Shown piece after piece: positions 33,959 to 43,164 of a stretch of DNA of 64,000 bases. The stretch's first letter is position 1; every line of letters starts with the position of its first letter. Both the position numbers and the translations under genes were made by a program. The DNA lies in NCBI GenBank assembly GCA_963848465.1, contig CAWKDY010000021.1:4055-68054 (forward strand). Reading direction: 5' to 3'. Origin of the DNA: an uncultured Chloroflexia bacterium. Lineage in GTDB: Bacteria > Chloroflexota > Anaerolineae > Aggregatilineales > Phototrophicaceae. A model generated the notes under the pieces. That model did no database searches and had not been told where the DNA came from. It saw nothing but the letters and a program-made list of their open reading frames with translations.

Positions 33959-33987
33959 GTAGGGGCGGGTTTCAGACCTGCCCCTAC
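33959..33987. repeat. REP-like palindrome GTAGGGGCGGGTTTCAGACCTGCCCCTAC
   Basis: GTAG/CTAC-bounded hairpin. Confidence 0.75.
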
Positions 33988-34008
33988 GCGGAATAACAGG
34001 GAACAGCT

Positions 34009-35034
34009 ATGGACATCATCTTGATCGGGTTTGGCGTGGTCGGGCGCGGCTTTGTCGAGATTCTGCGCGACAAAGCCGACGATCTGCGCGATCAGCAGGG
34101 CTTCAAGGCGCGGCTGGTCGGCGTGGCGACGCGGACGCGCGGCACGCTCTACGACCCGGCGGGGCTAGACCTCGACGCGCTGCTGAGCGCCGAGCGCTTC
34201 GACCGCTATCCCGGCGGCGATCAAGTCTGGCGCGATTGGGACGCCGCCCGCCTCGTCCGCGAGAGCCGCGCCGACGTGATGGTCGAAGCCAGCCCGACCA
34301 ATCTGCAAAACGGGCAGCCCGCGCTCGATCTGTGCCGCGCCGCCTTCGAGACCGGCAAGCACGTCGTCCTCGCCAACAAGGGACCGGTCGCCGTCGCCTA
34401 CGCCGAACTGCAAGCGCAGGCACAAGCGGCGGGCAAGCGTCTGTGCTTCGAGGCGACGGTCATGGCGGGCACGCCCTCGATCCGCTTGGCGCAGCAAGCG
34501 CTAGCGGGCTGCACCATCAGCGGCGCGCGCGGCATCCTCAACGGGACGACCAACTACATCCTGACCGAGATGGAAGGCGGTTTGGCCTACGCCGAGGCGC
34601 TCAAGCTGGCGCAGGCGATGGGCTACGCCGAGTCCGACCCGGCGGGCGACGTCGAAGGCTGGGACGCGGCGGGCAAAGCGATCATTCTGGCGGCGGCGCT
34701 GTTCGGCAAGCGGCTGACGCTCGACCAGATGGTCGTGCGCGGCATCACGGCGATCACGCCGGAGGACATCACGGCGGCGCGGGCGGCGGGCGAGCGCTGG
34801 AAGCTGATCGCCGAGGTCACGCCGGAAGGCGGATCGGTCACGCCGCAGCGCCTGCCGCTGACACATCCGCTGGCGAACGTCGCCGGTGCGACCAACGCCA
34901 TCACCTACGCGACTGATCTGCTGGGCGAAGTCACGCTGATCGGCGCGGGCGCGGGCAGCACGCCGACCGGCTTCGGCATTCTGGCGGATTTGCTCGACAT
35001 TCAGCGCCGCACGAGCGGGGAGAAAAACTTGTGA
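34009..35034 (+). CDS. hom: Homoserine dehydrogenase (no ACT domain)
   Basis: GFGVVG, HVVLANKG, EATVMAGTP, GILNGTTNYIL, GYAESDP..DVEGWDAAGK, GAGAG. Confidence 0.92.
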   Translation: MDIILIGFGVVGRGFVEILRDKADDLRDQQGFKARLVGVATRTRGTLYDPAGLDLDALLSAERFDRYPGGDQVWRDWDAARLVRESRADVMVEASPTNLQNGQPALDLCRAAFETGKHVVLANKGPVAVAYAELQAQAQAAGKRLCFEATVMAGTPSIRLAQQALAGCTISGARGILNGTTNYILTEMEGGLAYAEALKLAQAMGYAESDPAGDVEGWDAAGKAIILAAALFGKRLTLDQMVVRGITAITPEDITAARAAGERWKLIAEVTPEGGSVTPQRLPLTHPLANVAGATNAITYATDLLGEVTLIGAGAGSTPTGFGILADLLDIQRRTSGEKNL

Positions 35035-35721
35035 AAACAATCGGTCTGATCGGCGGGATGAGTTGGGAATCCTCGCTCGAATACTATCGTATGATCAACG
35101 AGACGGTCAAGCAGCGCTTAGGCGGCTTGCATTCGGCGCAGTGCCTGATGTTCTCGGTCGATTTCGCCGAGATCGAGCGGATGCACACGGCGGAGTCAGT
35201 GGGATCAAGCGGGGCGGGCGATGGCGGAGGCGGCGCGGCGGCTGGAACGCGGCGGCGCGGATTTCGTCGTCCTCTGCACCAACACCATGCACAAGCTGGC
35301 GGGCGAGATCGAGGCGGCGGTCAGCATTCCGCTGCTGCACATCGCCGACCCGACCGCCGGGGCGATTCAGGCGGCGGGGATCAAGCGGATCGGCTTGCTG
35401 GGGACGGCGTTCACGATGGAGCAGGACTTTTATCGCGGGCGGCTGAGCGACAAATTCGGGCTGGACGTGCTGATCCCGGATGCCGCCGGACGGGCGGAGG
35501 TTCATCGCATCATTTACGAAGAACTGGTGCTCGGCATCGTCAAGGACGAGTTGCGCGAGGTCTACAAAACGGTGATCGACTCTTTGATCGCGCAAGGGGC
35601 GGAGGGGATCATCCTCGGCTGCACCGAGATCATGCTGCTGATCGGGCAGCACGACAGCCCGGTCCCGGTGTTCGACACGACCACCCTGCACGCCATCGCC
35701 GCCGCTGATCTGGCGTTCTAG
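35031..35721 (+). CDS. Aspartate/glutamate racemase family protein (YgeA/RacX-like; frameshift near 35190)
   Basis: IGLIGGMSWES, CTNTMH, ILGCTEI catalytic cysteines. Confidence 0.92.
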
Positions 35722-35797
35722 ATCGATCAGCGGCGCGCCGGTTCTATTTGTGTTACGATCCGGAATTCGTTACGTTAAATGGAGCCGCGTAACCCTA

Positions 35798-36666
35798 ATG
35801 CAGATTGTCACTGATAGTTCGATGGATTGGTCGCCCGAACAGGCGCGGGATTTTAAAATTCACGTTATTCCCCAAACATTTACGCTCGATGGAAAAACTT
35901 ATCGCAGCGGAGTTGACGTCTCGGTCGAAGAGTTTTACCAGTTGATCGGGAGTACCGATGGTTTCCCGATCACGTCGCAGCCTTCCCCCGGTGAGTTTGC
36001 CGAAGTCTACCGCAAGCTCGCGGAAACCGACCCCGACATCCTCTCGATCCACATCTCCTCCGGCTTGAGCGGAACCTACAACGCGGCGCGCTTGGGCGCG
36101 CAGATGGTGCCCGAAGCCAATATCACCCTCTACGACACCAAGAACCTTTCCGGGGCGGAGGGGTGGCACGTCGAGGGCGGCAGCCCGCGCTATCGACGCG
36201 GGTTGGAGCCGGGAACGCATCATCAACCTGCTGGAGCAGATCACCGCCAGCACCGACATGATGTTCACGCTGGCGACGCTCAAGTACCTGATTCACGGCG
36301 GGACGCATCAGCCACATCAGCGGCTTGCTCGGCTCGCTGCTGGACATCAAGCCAATCATCTATCGTCGAGAAAGTCGGCGGTACTTACGTCCAAAAGGCG
36401 ACGGTGCGCTCGCTCAAAAAGTCAACGCTGATGCTGCCGGAACTGGTCGCTAAGCAGTTGGCGCGGGCATCGACCTGCGCGTGCAGATCATGCACGGGGA
36501 TAACGAAGCCGGCGCTCGCCTGATGCGTGAGAAATTCGACAGCCTCTTCAACTGCACGTGGCTGCCGCTCAGCCCGATTGCGCCAGTCTTGGGCGCGCAC
36601 ACGGGTCCCGGTTTGGTCGGCGCGATCTACGCGCCCATGAGCCAGTTCCCCGAACTCCCGAATTAG
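35798..36666 (+). CDS. DegV family fatty-acid-binding protein (frameshifted)
   Basis: QIVTDSS, TSQPSPGEF, ISSGLSGTY, LKYLIHGG, GAHTGPG. Confidence 0.92.
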
Positions 36667-36675
36667 TAAGCTCGC

Positions 36676-36703
36676 CCCTCTCCGGTTGCGTAGGAGAGGG
36701 GTG
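36676..36703. repeat. Intergenic palindrome, family B
   Basis: CCCCTCTCCGGTTGCGTAGGAGAGGGG. Confidence 0.65.
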
Positions 36704-36761
36704 ACTGTTCCCTCGATGACCCCAAAACTCGCCACTTGACCTAGCCACTTCAAGCGCCGCT

Positions 36762-36777
36762 TGTGATGTTTGTCACA
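36762..36777. promoter_or_regulatory. CRP/FNR-family (or Rex-like) operator TGTGA-N6-TCACA
   Basis: TGTGATGTTTGTCACA, a perfect CRP core about 70 bp upstream of the small ORF. Confidence 0.65.
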
Positions 36778-36846
36778 TGTCAATCGTATGCCCGCGGGCA
36801 TACGATGAAACTGAGTGTTCACGCTGGTTTAAGAGGATAAATCGCA

Positions 36847-37023
36847 ATGGCAGTTCAGGGACTTTCCGCTTCCGAGATGGAATGCGCGACCTGCGCGCTG
36901 CGCGCCGGCGCTGAAGCTAACCCCAAAGCCTTTAAGTCACGGCTGTGGCGTTGGCACACGACGTGGTGCCCCGGCTGGAAAGCTTACCAACCGGCGCTCA
37001 AGAACGACAACAAAAAGCCGTAA
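36847..37023 (+). CDS. 58-aa Cys/Trp-rich small protein (CATC...RLWRWHTTWCPGWKAY)
   Basis: Manual translation, below the ORF-track cutoff; AGAGGA RBS; clean ATG to TAA. Confidence 0.75.
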   Translation: MAVQGLSASEMECATCALRAGAEANPKAFKSRLWRWHTTWCPGWKAYQPALKNDNKKP

Positions 37024-37042
37024 GCGCGGTTATGCAGATCGC

Positions 37043-37071
37043 GTAGGGGCAGGACTAAGTCCTGCCCCTAC
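37043..37071. repeat. REP-like palindrome GTAGGGGCAGGACTAAGTCCTGCCCCTAC
   Basis: Perfect arms. Confidence 0.8.
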
Positions 37072-37115
37072 AATCAGAATTCCCCTCAGATTTCCAAATT
37101 ACAATTTGGAGTCGT

Positions 37116-38025
37116 TTAGCTCGGCGGGTTGACCTCGACGAAGCGCAGCGCGGCGATGTTGAGGTCGCATTCGCAGCGCGTCTCGACGGTGTAGACCGGC
37201 GACGCCGGATTCCCGGCGGGATCGAGCAGTTGGGCGACGAACTGAGCATCGCGGGCGACGCTGCCGAGCGGCACTTCGAAGCCGCCCGGTCCGAAGCCGG
37301 GCGCGCTGCCGGTCGCCACCGTCTGATCGACGCCTTCGCCGACGACGTGGACGCCGTAGCCGTTGAGCGCCGACCCGTCGTAATTCATGACCGATCCGGC
37401 GATGCTCGACCAGTTACACGCGCCGCGCGCGTCCGGGTTGGTGATGTAGATGACGTGGTCACGCTGGAGCGTGAAGGGGAAATCGCCCTGCTCGCTCGGC
37501 GGGATCGGCGTCCCCTGCGGCGTGCTGAAGCCTTCCAAGAAGATCGGCGTAAAGGTCAGCGTCGGCGCGAGCGACGGGATCGGCGACGGCGTGAAGGTCT
37601 GGCTGGGCGTCAGCGTCGGCGCGGGCGTCAGCGTGAAGGTCGGCGTGTAGGTCGCGGTGATCACCAGCGGCAGCGGCGTCGGCGGCGCGAGCGGATTGAG
37701 CGCCGAATACGGATTCTGCCAGATCAGCCCGAAGTAGGTGAGCAAGCCGCAGGATGCCAGCACGAAGAAGGCCGTGATCAGGTTGCGGACTGCGGTCTTT
37801 CGCGCCCGGATCGACCGGGGCGCAGCCGGACGGCGCGGCGGGTCTTTCAGCGGCGCGGTCGGCTGCGCTTCCGCCTGTTCTTCGTCGGGCAGCATCGGGA
37901 AGCGATCCTGCAGTGATCGGCGGGCGCTGCCAGCGCGCCTGCTGCTCCGGCGTCAGCGAATCGTCAGCGTCGAAGGGGGTCGCTGTCCCTCAGAGATCGC
38001 GCGGGTCTTTCGGATCGTCACTCAT
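37116..38025 (-). CDS. Membrane-anchored PT-rich hypothetical protein (frameshifted N-terminus)
   Basis: TM helix, PT linker, C-terminal CNWSSIAG...GSAPGFGPGGFEV...CDLN domain. Confidence 0.7.
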
Positions 38026-38028
38026 CGG

Positions 38029-38883
38029 CTAAAACGGGCGGGTCTGCTCAAAATTGACCAGCGCCAGATTTTTCGAGCAGTTGTTCAGCTCGAACGTCAC
38101 CGTGATCTGCGGCGAGATGGCGTCCCCTGCGCCGATTGCAATTCGACGATGTAACTGTTGCCGGTCAAGCTGCTGTTGAGCGGCACTTCCCAGCCCGACA
38201 GCCCGTAGAGCGTGTTCGAGCCGCTGGCGGTGTAGACATCGACGCCCTGCCCGAAGACGTGGACGCGCATCTGCTGGAGCGGCAGCCCGGTCAGGTCGAA
38301 GACCTGCCCGCCGATTCCCTGCCACGAGCAGCCCGCCGTGTTGGCGAAATTGAGCGTGTAGATCACCTGATTATCGCGCAGGACGAACGGATAGGGCGAC
38401 GGCGGCGGCTGCGGTCGGCTGCGGCGTGAAGTCGAGCACCGTCGGCGTGATGCTGGGCGTCTCGGTCAGCGTGACGGCCAGCGTATTGGTGATCGTCAGC
38501 GAGGGCGTGATGCTGGAGGTCGGCGCGAGCGTATCTTCCGGGCGCGGCGTTTCAGTCGGCGGATGGTGTCGGTCGGCGCGGGCGTAAAGGTCAGCGTGGA
38601 GGTCAGCGACGGGATCAGCGTCCACGTCAGCGTGGGCGTGATGTGGGCGTGTCGGTCGAAGATCGGCGTGTCGGTCGCCGTCGGGATAGCGGTGCGTATC
38701 CGTCGGCGTAAAGGTCGGCGTGAGCGATGGCAGAACGGCGGAAGTCGGCAGCGCAAAGGCGACGGGTGTCGGCACGGGCGCGGGCGCGCTCATGCGCGTC
38801 GCCACCAGCGCAATCGCAACAATGGTGAGCACCAGAAAGAAGATGCTGATGAGATTGTAGACTTGCGCTCTTCCTTGCCCCAT
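38029..38883 (-). CDS. Paralogous membrane-anchored PT-rich hypothetical protein (frameshifted)
   Basis: TM helix, PT linker, CSWQGIGGQVFD...SGSNTLYGLSGWEV...CSKNL domain. Confidence 0.7.
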
Positions 38884-38898
38884 GTAATCCCCCAGACG

Positions 38899-39835
38899 TT
38901 ACAGATAAGTCTCTATTTTGGCGCTCATGGTCAGAGTTTCCAACCATTTTTCAAAGCGCGTGCGCGCAAGGTCGGCGAGCTTGCTCGGATCAATCGGGCG
39001 GACGCCGCGTTCCAGTGTTTGAATGATATGCCAACCGAGCGACGACTGCACGGGACCGGCGATCTGCCCCGGCTCAAGCTGGAAGGCGACCTGCGCCAGC
39101 GCCGGTTCGAGCAGTTCTTCCTGCGTGAACCAGCCGAGATCGCCGCCGCTGGTGCTGGTGCTGGTATCCAGCGAATAAGTCGCCGCCAGCGCCGCGAAAT
39201 CCTCGCCGTCGCGCAGCCGGGCGAGCAGTTGATCCGCCTGATCCTGGGTGGCGACCAGAATGTGACGGGCGTGAACCTGCGCGACGTTGCCGTTGAGGTC
39301 GCTGGTGACGTGATCGCGGACGCGGTTGGTCAGCAGCGTATTGTGGAGCACGCTGCGCAGTTCGGCTTCGGTGTAGAGGTTGTCGGTCAGCCACTGCTGC
39401 CACTTGCTCGCACCGCCCGCGCTGTCGATCAAGCCTTGCATTTCCTGATCGACCTCCTCCGGGGTGACGACGACGTTGTTCGCCGCCGCCGCTTGATCGA
39501 TCAAAAGCTGCTGAACCAGCGTGTCGAGCACCATCTTCGGGATCGCGTTGGGGTTCGCCAGCGGCTCCTGCTGATAGCGGGCGACGTTGTGCTGATACTC
39601 GGTCAGGGTGATCACGTCGCCGTTGACGCGGGCGACGATCGGTTCGCCCGACGTCGTCGGTCGGCAGCGACGACGGCGTCAATCGCGATCGGCGTCGGTG
39701 TCGGTCGATCGGTTGGGCAGCGCCGGTTGGACGCTGTTGGTATTCGGATTTGAGCTGGACTGGCGCGCAGGCTGCCGCGATCACGACCGCCAGCAGCGCC
39801 AAAAGCAGGGAAAAATCGCGTTTCGAGTGTGACAC
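38899..39835 (-). CDS. PpiC-type peptidylprolyl isomerase (PrsA/SurA-like lipoprotein; frameshifted)
   Basis: IAAAC lipobox; VARVNG; VHARHILV, GEDFAALAATYSLD, GGDLGWF, GWHIIQ. Confidence 0.88.
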
Positions 39836-39937
39836 ACGCGCTCCTTCGCCGAAAGATAATTATCCTAATTATAGCCAAACAACTCCCTTTGCACATAAAG
39901 GTGAGAGAATTCGGCTATGTACACGGGGATTACAACG

Positions 39938-39969
39938 CAAAACCCCGACCTATGCAGGTCGGGGTTTTG
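39938..39969 (-). terminator. Intrinsic terminator downstream of tRNA-Phe
   Basis: CAAAACCCCGACCT-ATGC-AGGTCGGGGTTTTG hairpin. Confidence 0.8.
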
Positions 39970-39972
39970 TGA

Positions 39973-40045
39973 TGCCGAAGCCCGGACTCGGACCGGGGAC
40001 CCACGCATTTTCAGTGCGTTGCTCTACCAGCTGAGCTACCTCGGC
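39973..40045 (-). tRNA. tRNA-Phe (GAA), CCA not encoded
   Basis: GCCGAGGTAGCTCAGCTGGTAGAGCAACGCACTGAAAATGCGTGGGTCCCCGGTCCGAGTCCGGGCTTCGGCA folds as a cloverleaf with anticodon GAA. Confidence 0.95.
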
Positions 40046-40113
40046 ACGTGAGGGTAGTATAGCGAAAGGCGATTACCCGGTCAAGGGCGGCGTGCTGTCG
40101 TCCGCTGATTGGC

Positions 40114-40614
40114 TTAGGCGAACAGGATGATCACGGTCGCTATGAAAGTCGCAAAAACCAAGCCGATCACGCAGCCTTTCAAGAAGCCGTAGAAGTGAAA
40201 AGCGTAGTCGCGCCATCCGGCAGCGCCTTCGGTGCCGGGGAACGGCGGGCGCTGCGGATCGACCAGCGATATGCCGATCCAGTCCAGCGCGATCAAGTCC
40301 CACAAATTCACGCCGACGAAGAGGGCGTAAGCATAGAGCCACGCGCTGAAGAAGCTGAAGTCTGCGCCCAGACTGGCTTTCAAATCCCACGTGAGGAGCA
40401 GCGGCAGACCGAGAAACAGGACGATGAACGGCGCGCCCAAGATCGTGGTGAGACGCTGTTCATCGGCGGTTTTGGGCGCTGCCAGCGCTTGGATGTCGGC
40501 GGGCAAGTCATGCAGCCAGATGCGCGGCTTCCAGCGCAGCGTACCGACGACGAAGACGGTGAAAACGGTCGTCAGGATCAATAGGTCGAGCAGAAATTCG
40601 CTGATGGGAAACAT
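40114..40614 (-). CDS. Hypothetical integral membrane protein
   Basis: Intact 166-aa ORF with about 4 TM helices; AGGAG RBS. Confidence 0.8.
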   Translation of the reverse strand: MFPISEFLLDLLILTTVFTVFVVGTLRWKPRIWLHDLPADIQALAAPKTADEQRLTTILGAPFIVLFLGLPLLLTWDLKASLGADFSFFSAWLYAYALFVGVNLWDLIALDWIGISLVDPQRPPFPGTEGAAGWRDYAFHFYGFLKGCVIGLVFATFIATVIILFA

Positions 40615-40644
40615 GTCACACTCCTGATTTCGTGCGGTGAATTA

Positions 40645-40680
40645 TATATTTAGTCTAGTCTAAATATAGACAGCTGTCAA
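40645..40680 (-). promoter_or_regulatory. Sigma70 promoter (TTGACA-N17-TAGACT) overlapped by a 24-bp palindromic operator
   Basis: TATATTTAG-TCTAGT-CTAAATATA at 40645-40668; -35 at 40675-40680 on the minus strand. Confidence 0.65.
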
Positions 40681-40728
40681 TGATAATCCGGTTTGACTCA
40701 CGACAGGCGGAGAGAATCGCAGCGAGGA

Positions 40729-40752
40729 GGGCACAGCGCGCCGTGCCCCTAT
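40729..40752. repeat. REP-like palindrome GGGCACAGCGCGCCGTGCCCCTAT
   Basis: Similar to the copies at 17573 and 56691. Confidence 0.6.
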
Positions 40753-40787
40753 CGGAATTAAGGGCGTTATATAGCGAGCTCGATGGT

Positions 40788-41882
40788 TCAGACCGGAACG
40801 GCGGCGCAGTGGGCTGGACGCTGAGGTCGTACTCGGCGTAGCTTTGCGGGCTGCCGGGCGCGAACTGCACGACAATCGGCTGCTGGGCGCTGCTGACGAT
40901 GAAGGGCAGCACCAGCGTCGCGCCGCAGCGCAAATCCGGCTGGTAGGCGCTGCCCCAGCGCAGATTCTCCGCGCCGTCGCCGCCGACAGTTGAGCGTCAG
41001 CGCGAACTCGCGGAAGTTGTTGGGCGGCTCGGTGTAGAGGTTGATCGCCCGCACCCAGATCAAGTCGCGGGAGTCGCCTTCCGGCGTCGAGATGGCGTTG
41101 TGGAAAGCGGCGCTGCCGTCTCGATCCACCTGCACCAACAGCGCGTCGGCGTCGAGCGGCGCGGTCGGGATCGCCGGGTTGCGGACGATGGGGATGCCGG
41201 CGCAGTCGCCGACCGGCGCGATCACCGCCCCGGCGATCCAGCCCTGCCGCTCGTTGAAATCGACCGTGTACCAGTCGTTGTCGGTGCGCCCGATTACCGG
41301 GAGCGCTGCTCCCGGCGGCAGCAGCCCGATCACGGCATATTGATCGGCGGGGGCGCTGCGGATCAGCGTGTTGACGTCGCCGGAGTTGGTCACGCGGCAG
41401 TCGCTCGCGCGCAGCGTCGTGCCGTCCAGCGCTGCCGGGGCGATGATGGCGCTGCCGAGCAGCAGCGCGACCGTGCCGTCGGCTTTGGCGTCGGCGGCGC
41501 TCAGCGCGATCTGGTACTGTCCCGGATCGCCCGCGAGCGTGACCTGCACGCTTTGGAGCTTGTCGGTGAAGGCGGCGACCGTCTGCCCGGCGGCGTCGCG
41601 GATTTCGGCGGCGAAGGCGAAACCGGGCGTGGTCGCGTCGAGTTTGAGGCGGGTCGCCGTCGGCGCGGTGAAGTTATAGAGCCGGGTCGTGCTGATGGCG
41701 GTGCTGCCTTTGAAATCGACGCGGGTTTCGCTGTTGGCGGGCAGCCACGTCGCCAGCGGTTGGGGCTGGACGGTGGCAGCGGGCGCGGCGTGAGTGATCA
41801 GCAGCAGCAACAGCGCGATCCCCGCCAGCACAAGCGCCGGGACAACCAACAGGGCGAGCTTGATCGGGGATCGCGGAATCAT
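40788..41882 (-). CDS. Secreted SH3-domain protein (frameshift near 40980)
   Basis: Signal/TM segment; NTLIRSAPADQYAVIG...GRTDNDWYTVDFNERQGWIA SH3b. Confidence 0.75.
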   Translation of the reverse strand: MIPRSPIKLALLVVPALVLAGIALLLLLITHAAPAATVQPQPLATWLPANSETRVDFKGSTAISTTRLYNFTAPTATRLKLDATTPGFAFAAEIRDAAGQTVAAFTDKLQSVQVTLAGDPGQYQIALSAADAKADGTVALLLGSAIIAPAALDGTTLRASDCRVTNSGDVNTLIRSAPADQYAVIGLLPPGAALPVIGRTDNDWYTVDFNERQGWIAGAVIAPVGDCAGIPIVRNPAIPTAPLDADALLVQVDRDGSAAFHNAISTPEGDSRDLIWVRAINLYTEPPNNFREFALTLNCRRRRRGESALGQRLPAGFALRRDAGAALHRQQRPAADCRAVRARQPAKLRRVRPQRPAHCAAVPV

Positions 41883-42027
41883 CGGGCAGCCAATCTACTG
41901 AGTCGGGGCTTCTTGCTTCATAGTTTGACTATAGAGCGAAGCGCCCGACTTTCATCGACGGCAAGCCGACTACTCCCGTACTCGTGCCCATTTTTGAGCG
42001 GAGGGCAAGCGTTTAGCGCTGGTCGGA

Positions 42028-42406
42028 TTAGACGATCATGTCGTCAAGGGTCGAAAGCAGGTTGCGGTTGATGAACAGCTTGGTCAGATAGCGATTGGCG
42101 CCTTTTCCCAGCGCGTCGCGCACCTGATCCGGGTCGGGGAAATCGGTGAGCACCAAGACCGGGAGCTTTTTGAATTCGTCCGCGCTGGCGCATCTGCTCC
42201 AGAAAGAGCAAAGCGCTGTTGTCCGGCAGCGATAGGTCGAGGATCACGACGTCGGGCAGCGGGTTGTTTTGCAGGAAGTGCGCCGCTGCTTGCACGCTGT
42301 TCGTGAAATCGCCTTGAACCCGCCGGTGTTCGATCAGCGTTTCGACGAGTTTTTGAACATCCGCGTCCTGCGTCACCATCAACAGGCACGCTTTTTTCTG
42401 AGTCAT
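42028..42406 (-). CDS. Single-domain response regulator (receiver; frameshifted)
   Basis: PDVVILDLSLPD, LPVLVLT, GANRYLTK. Confidence 0.78.
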
Positions 42407-42477
42407 ACGGTTAATCGTCACCATCATCGTACAGTATGTCAACTCGCTCGCTATGATGCGCGCTTAGCCGAGTGAGC

Positions 42478-43011
42478 TCAAGCGACTGCTCGCAATGGGA
42501 ATCGATCGTGCGTTAGGGTCATATCGCTATCAGCTTCTTCAGCCGGGGTTGCTGGCAGCGTGCGCTGGTGTTGATTCAGCGCGCGTTCGAGCGCCTCGAC
42601 CACGAATTTCTGCTCGTCGAGCGGCAGCCCGACGAGCAGGTTGGCAATCGCGTCGGTCTGGGTCTGCTCGAAGCGCTCGACGAGTTCTTGCCCCACCGAA
42701 CCCAGATAGAGACACATCACCCGCGCGTCTTCTTCGTATGGATGTCGGTGGACGAGATTGGCGTCCAGCATCTGTTTGATCCAGATCGAGACCGACGCTG
42801 CGTCACGTCCAACTTCTCCGCCAGCTCTTTCTGCGAAATTCCCGGATGGCGATAGATCAAGTTGAGCGTTCGCAGTTGGTTGACGCTCAGTTGAGCGACG
42901 ACGTCGTTCGGTGCTTCTGTCTTCGGTGAACTGAAGCAACTGCTGGAAAACGCCGAGAAAGCGCGCCGCTAAGCGATGGGTTTCCTGCTGCTCAGGAGTT
43001 GAGTTGATCAT
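42478..43011 (-). CDS. MarR family transcriptional regulator (internal frameshifts)
   Basis: ASVSIWIKQMLDANLVHRHPYEEDARVMCLYL winged-helix; upstream palindrome. Confidence 0.78.
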   Translation of the reverse strand: MINSTPEQQETHRLAARFLGVFQQLLQFTEDRSTERRRRSTERQPTANAQLDLSPSGNFAERAGGEVGRDAASVSIWIKQMLDANLVHRHPYEEDARVMCLYLGSVGQELVERFEQTQTDAIANLLVGLPLDEQKFVVEALERALNQHQRTLPATPAEEADSDMTLTHDRFPLRAVA

Positions 43012-43022
43012 CCCGATGCTCC

Positions 43023-43047
43023 AATTAGTTAAATTATTTAACTAATT
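43023..43047. promoter_or_regulatory. Palindromic operator, probably the MarR site
   Basis: AATTAGTTAAAT-T-ATTTAACTAATT with perfect 12-bp arms, 11 bp upstream of the MarR start. Confidence 0.75.
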
Positions 43048-43164
43048 ATAGGGGATTTACTTCTGCTCAATCCTTAAGCGATGATCGAGCGTTTGGCAGG
43101 CGCTCGCTTGTCTCGGCGCGTGGGAGGTGTTACTCTCGACATTATGGACAATGGAGGGACCTAG

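Noticed and set aside
37540-38720. GTCGGCG-rich tandem repeats
   Set aside because: These encode Pro/Thr-rich linkers of the minus-strand proteins and are not independent DNA repeats.
39900-40120. tRNA-Phe as an integration site for a genomic island
   Set aside because: No integrase and no duplicated tRNA 3' end were seen in the window.
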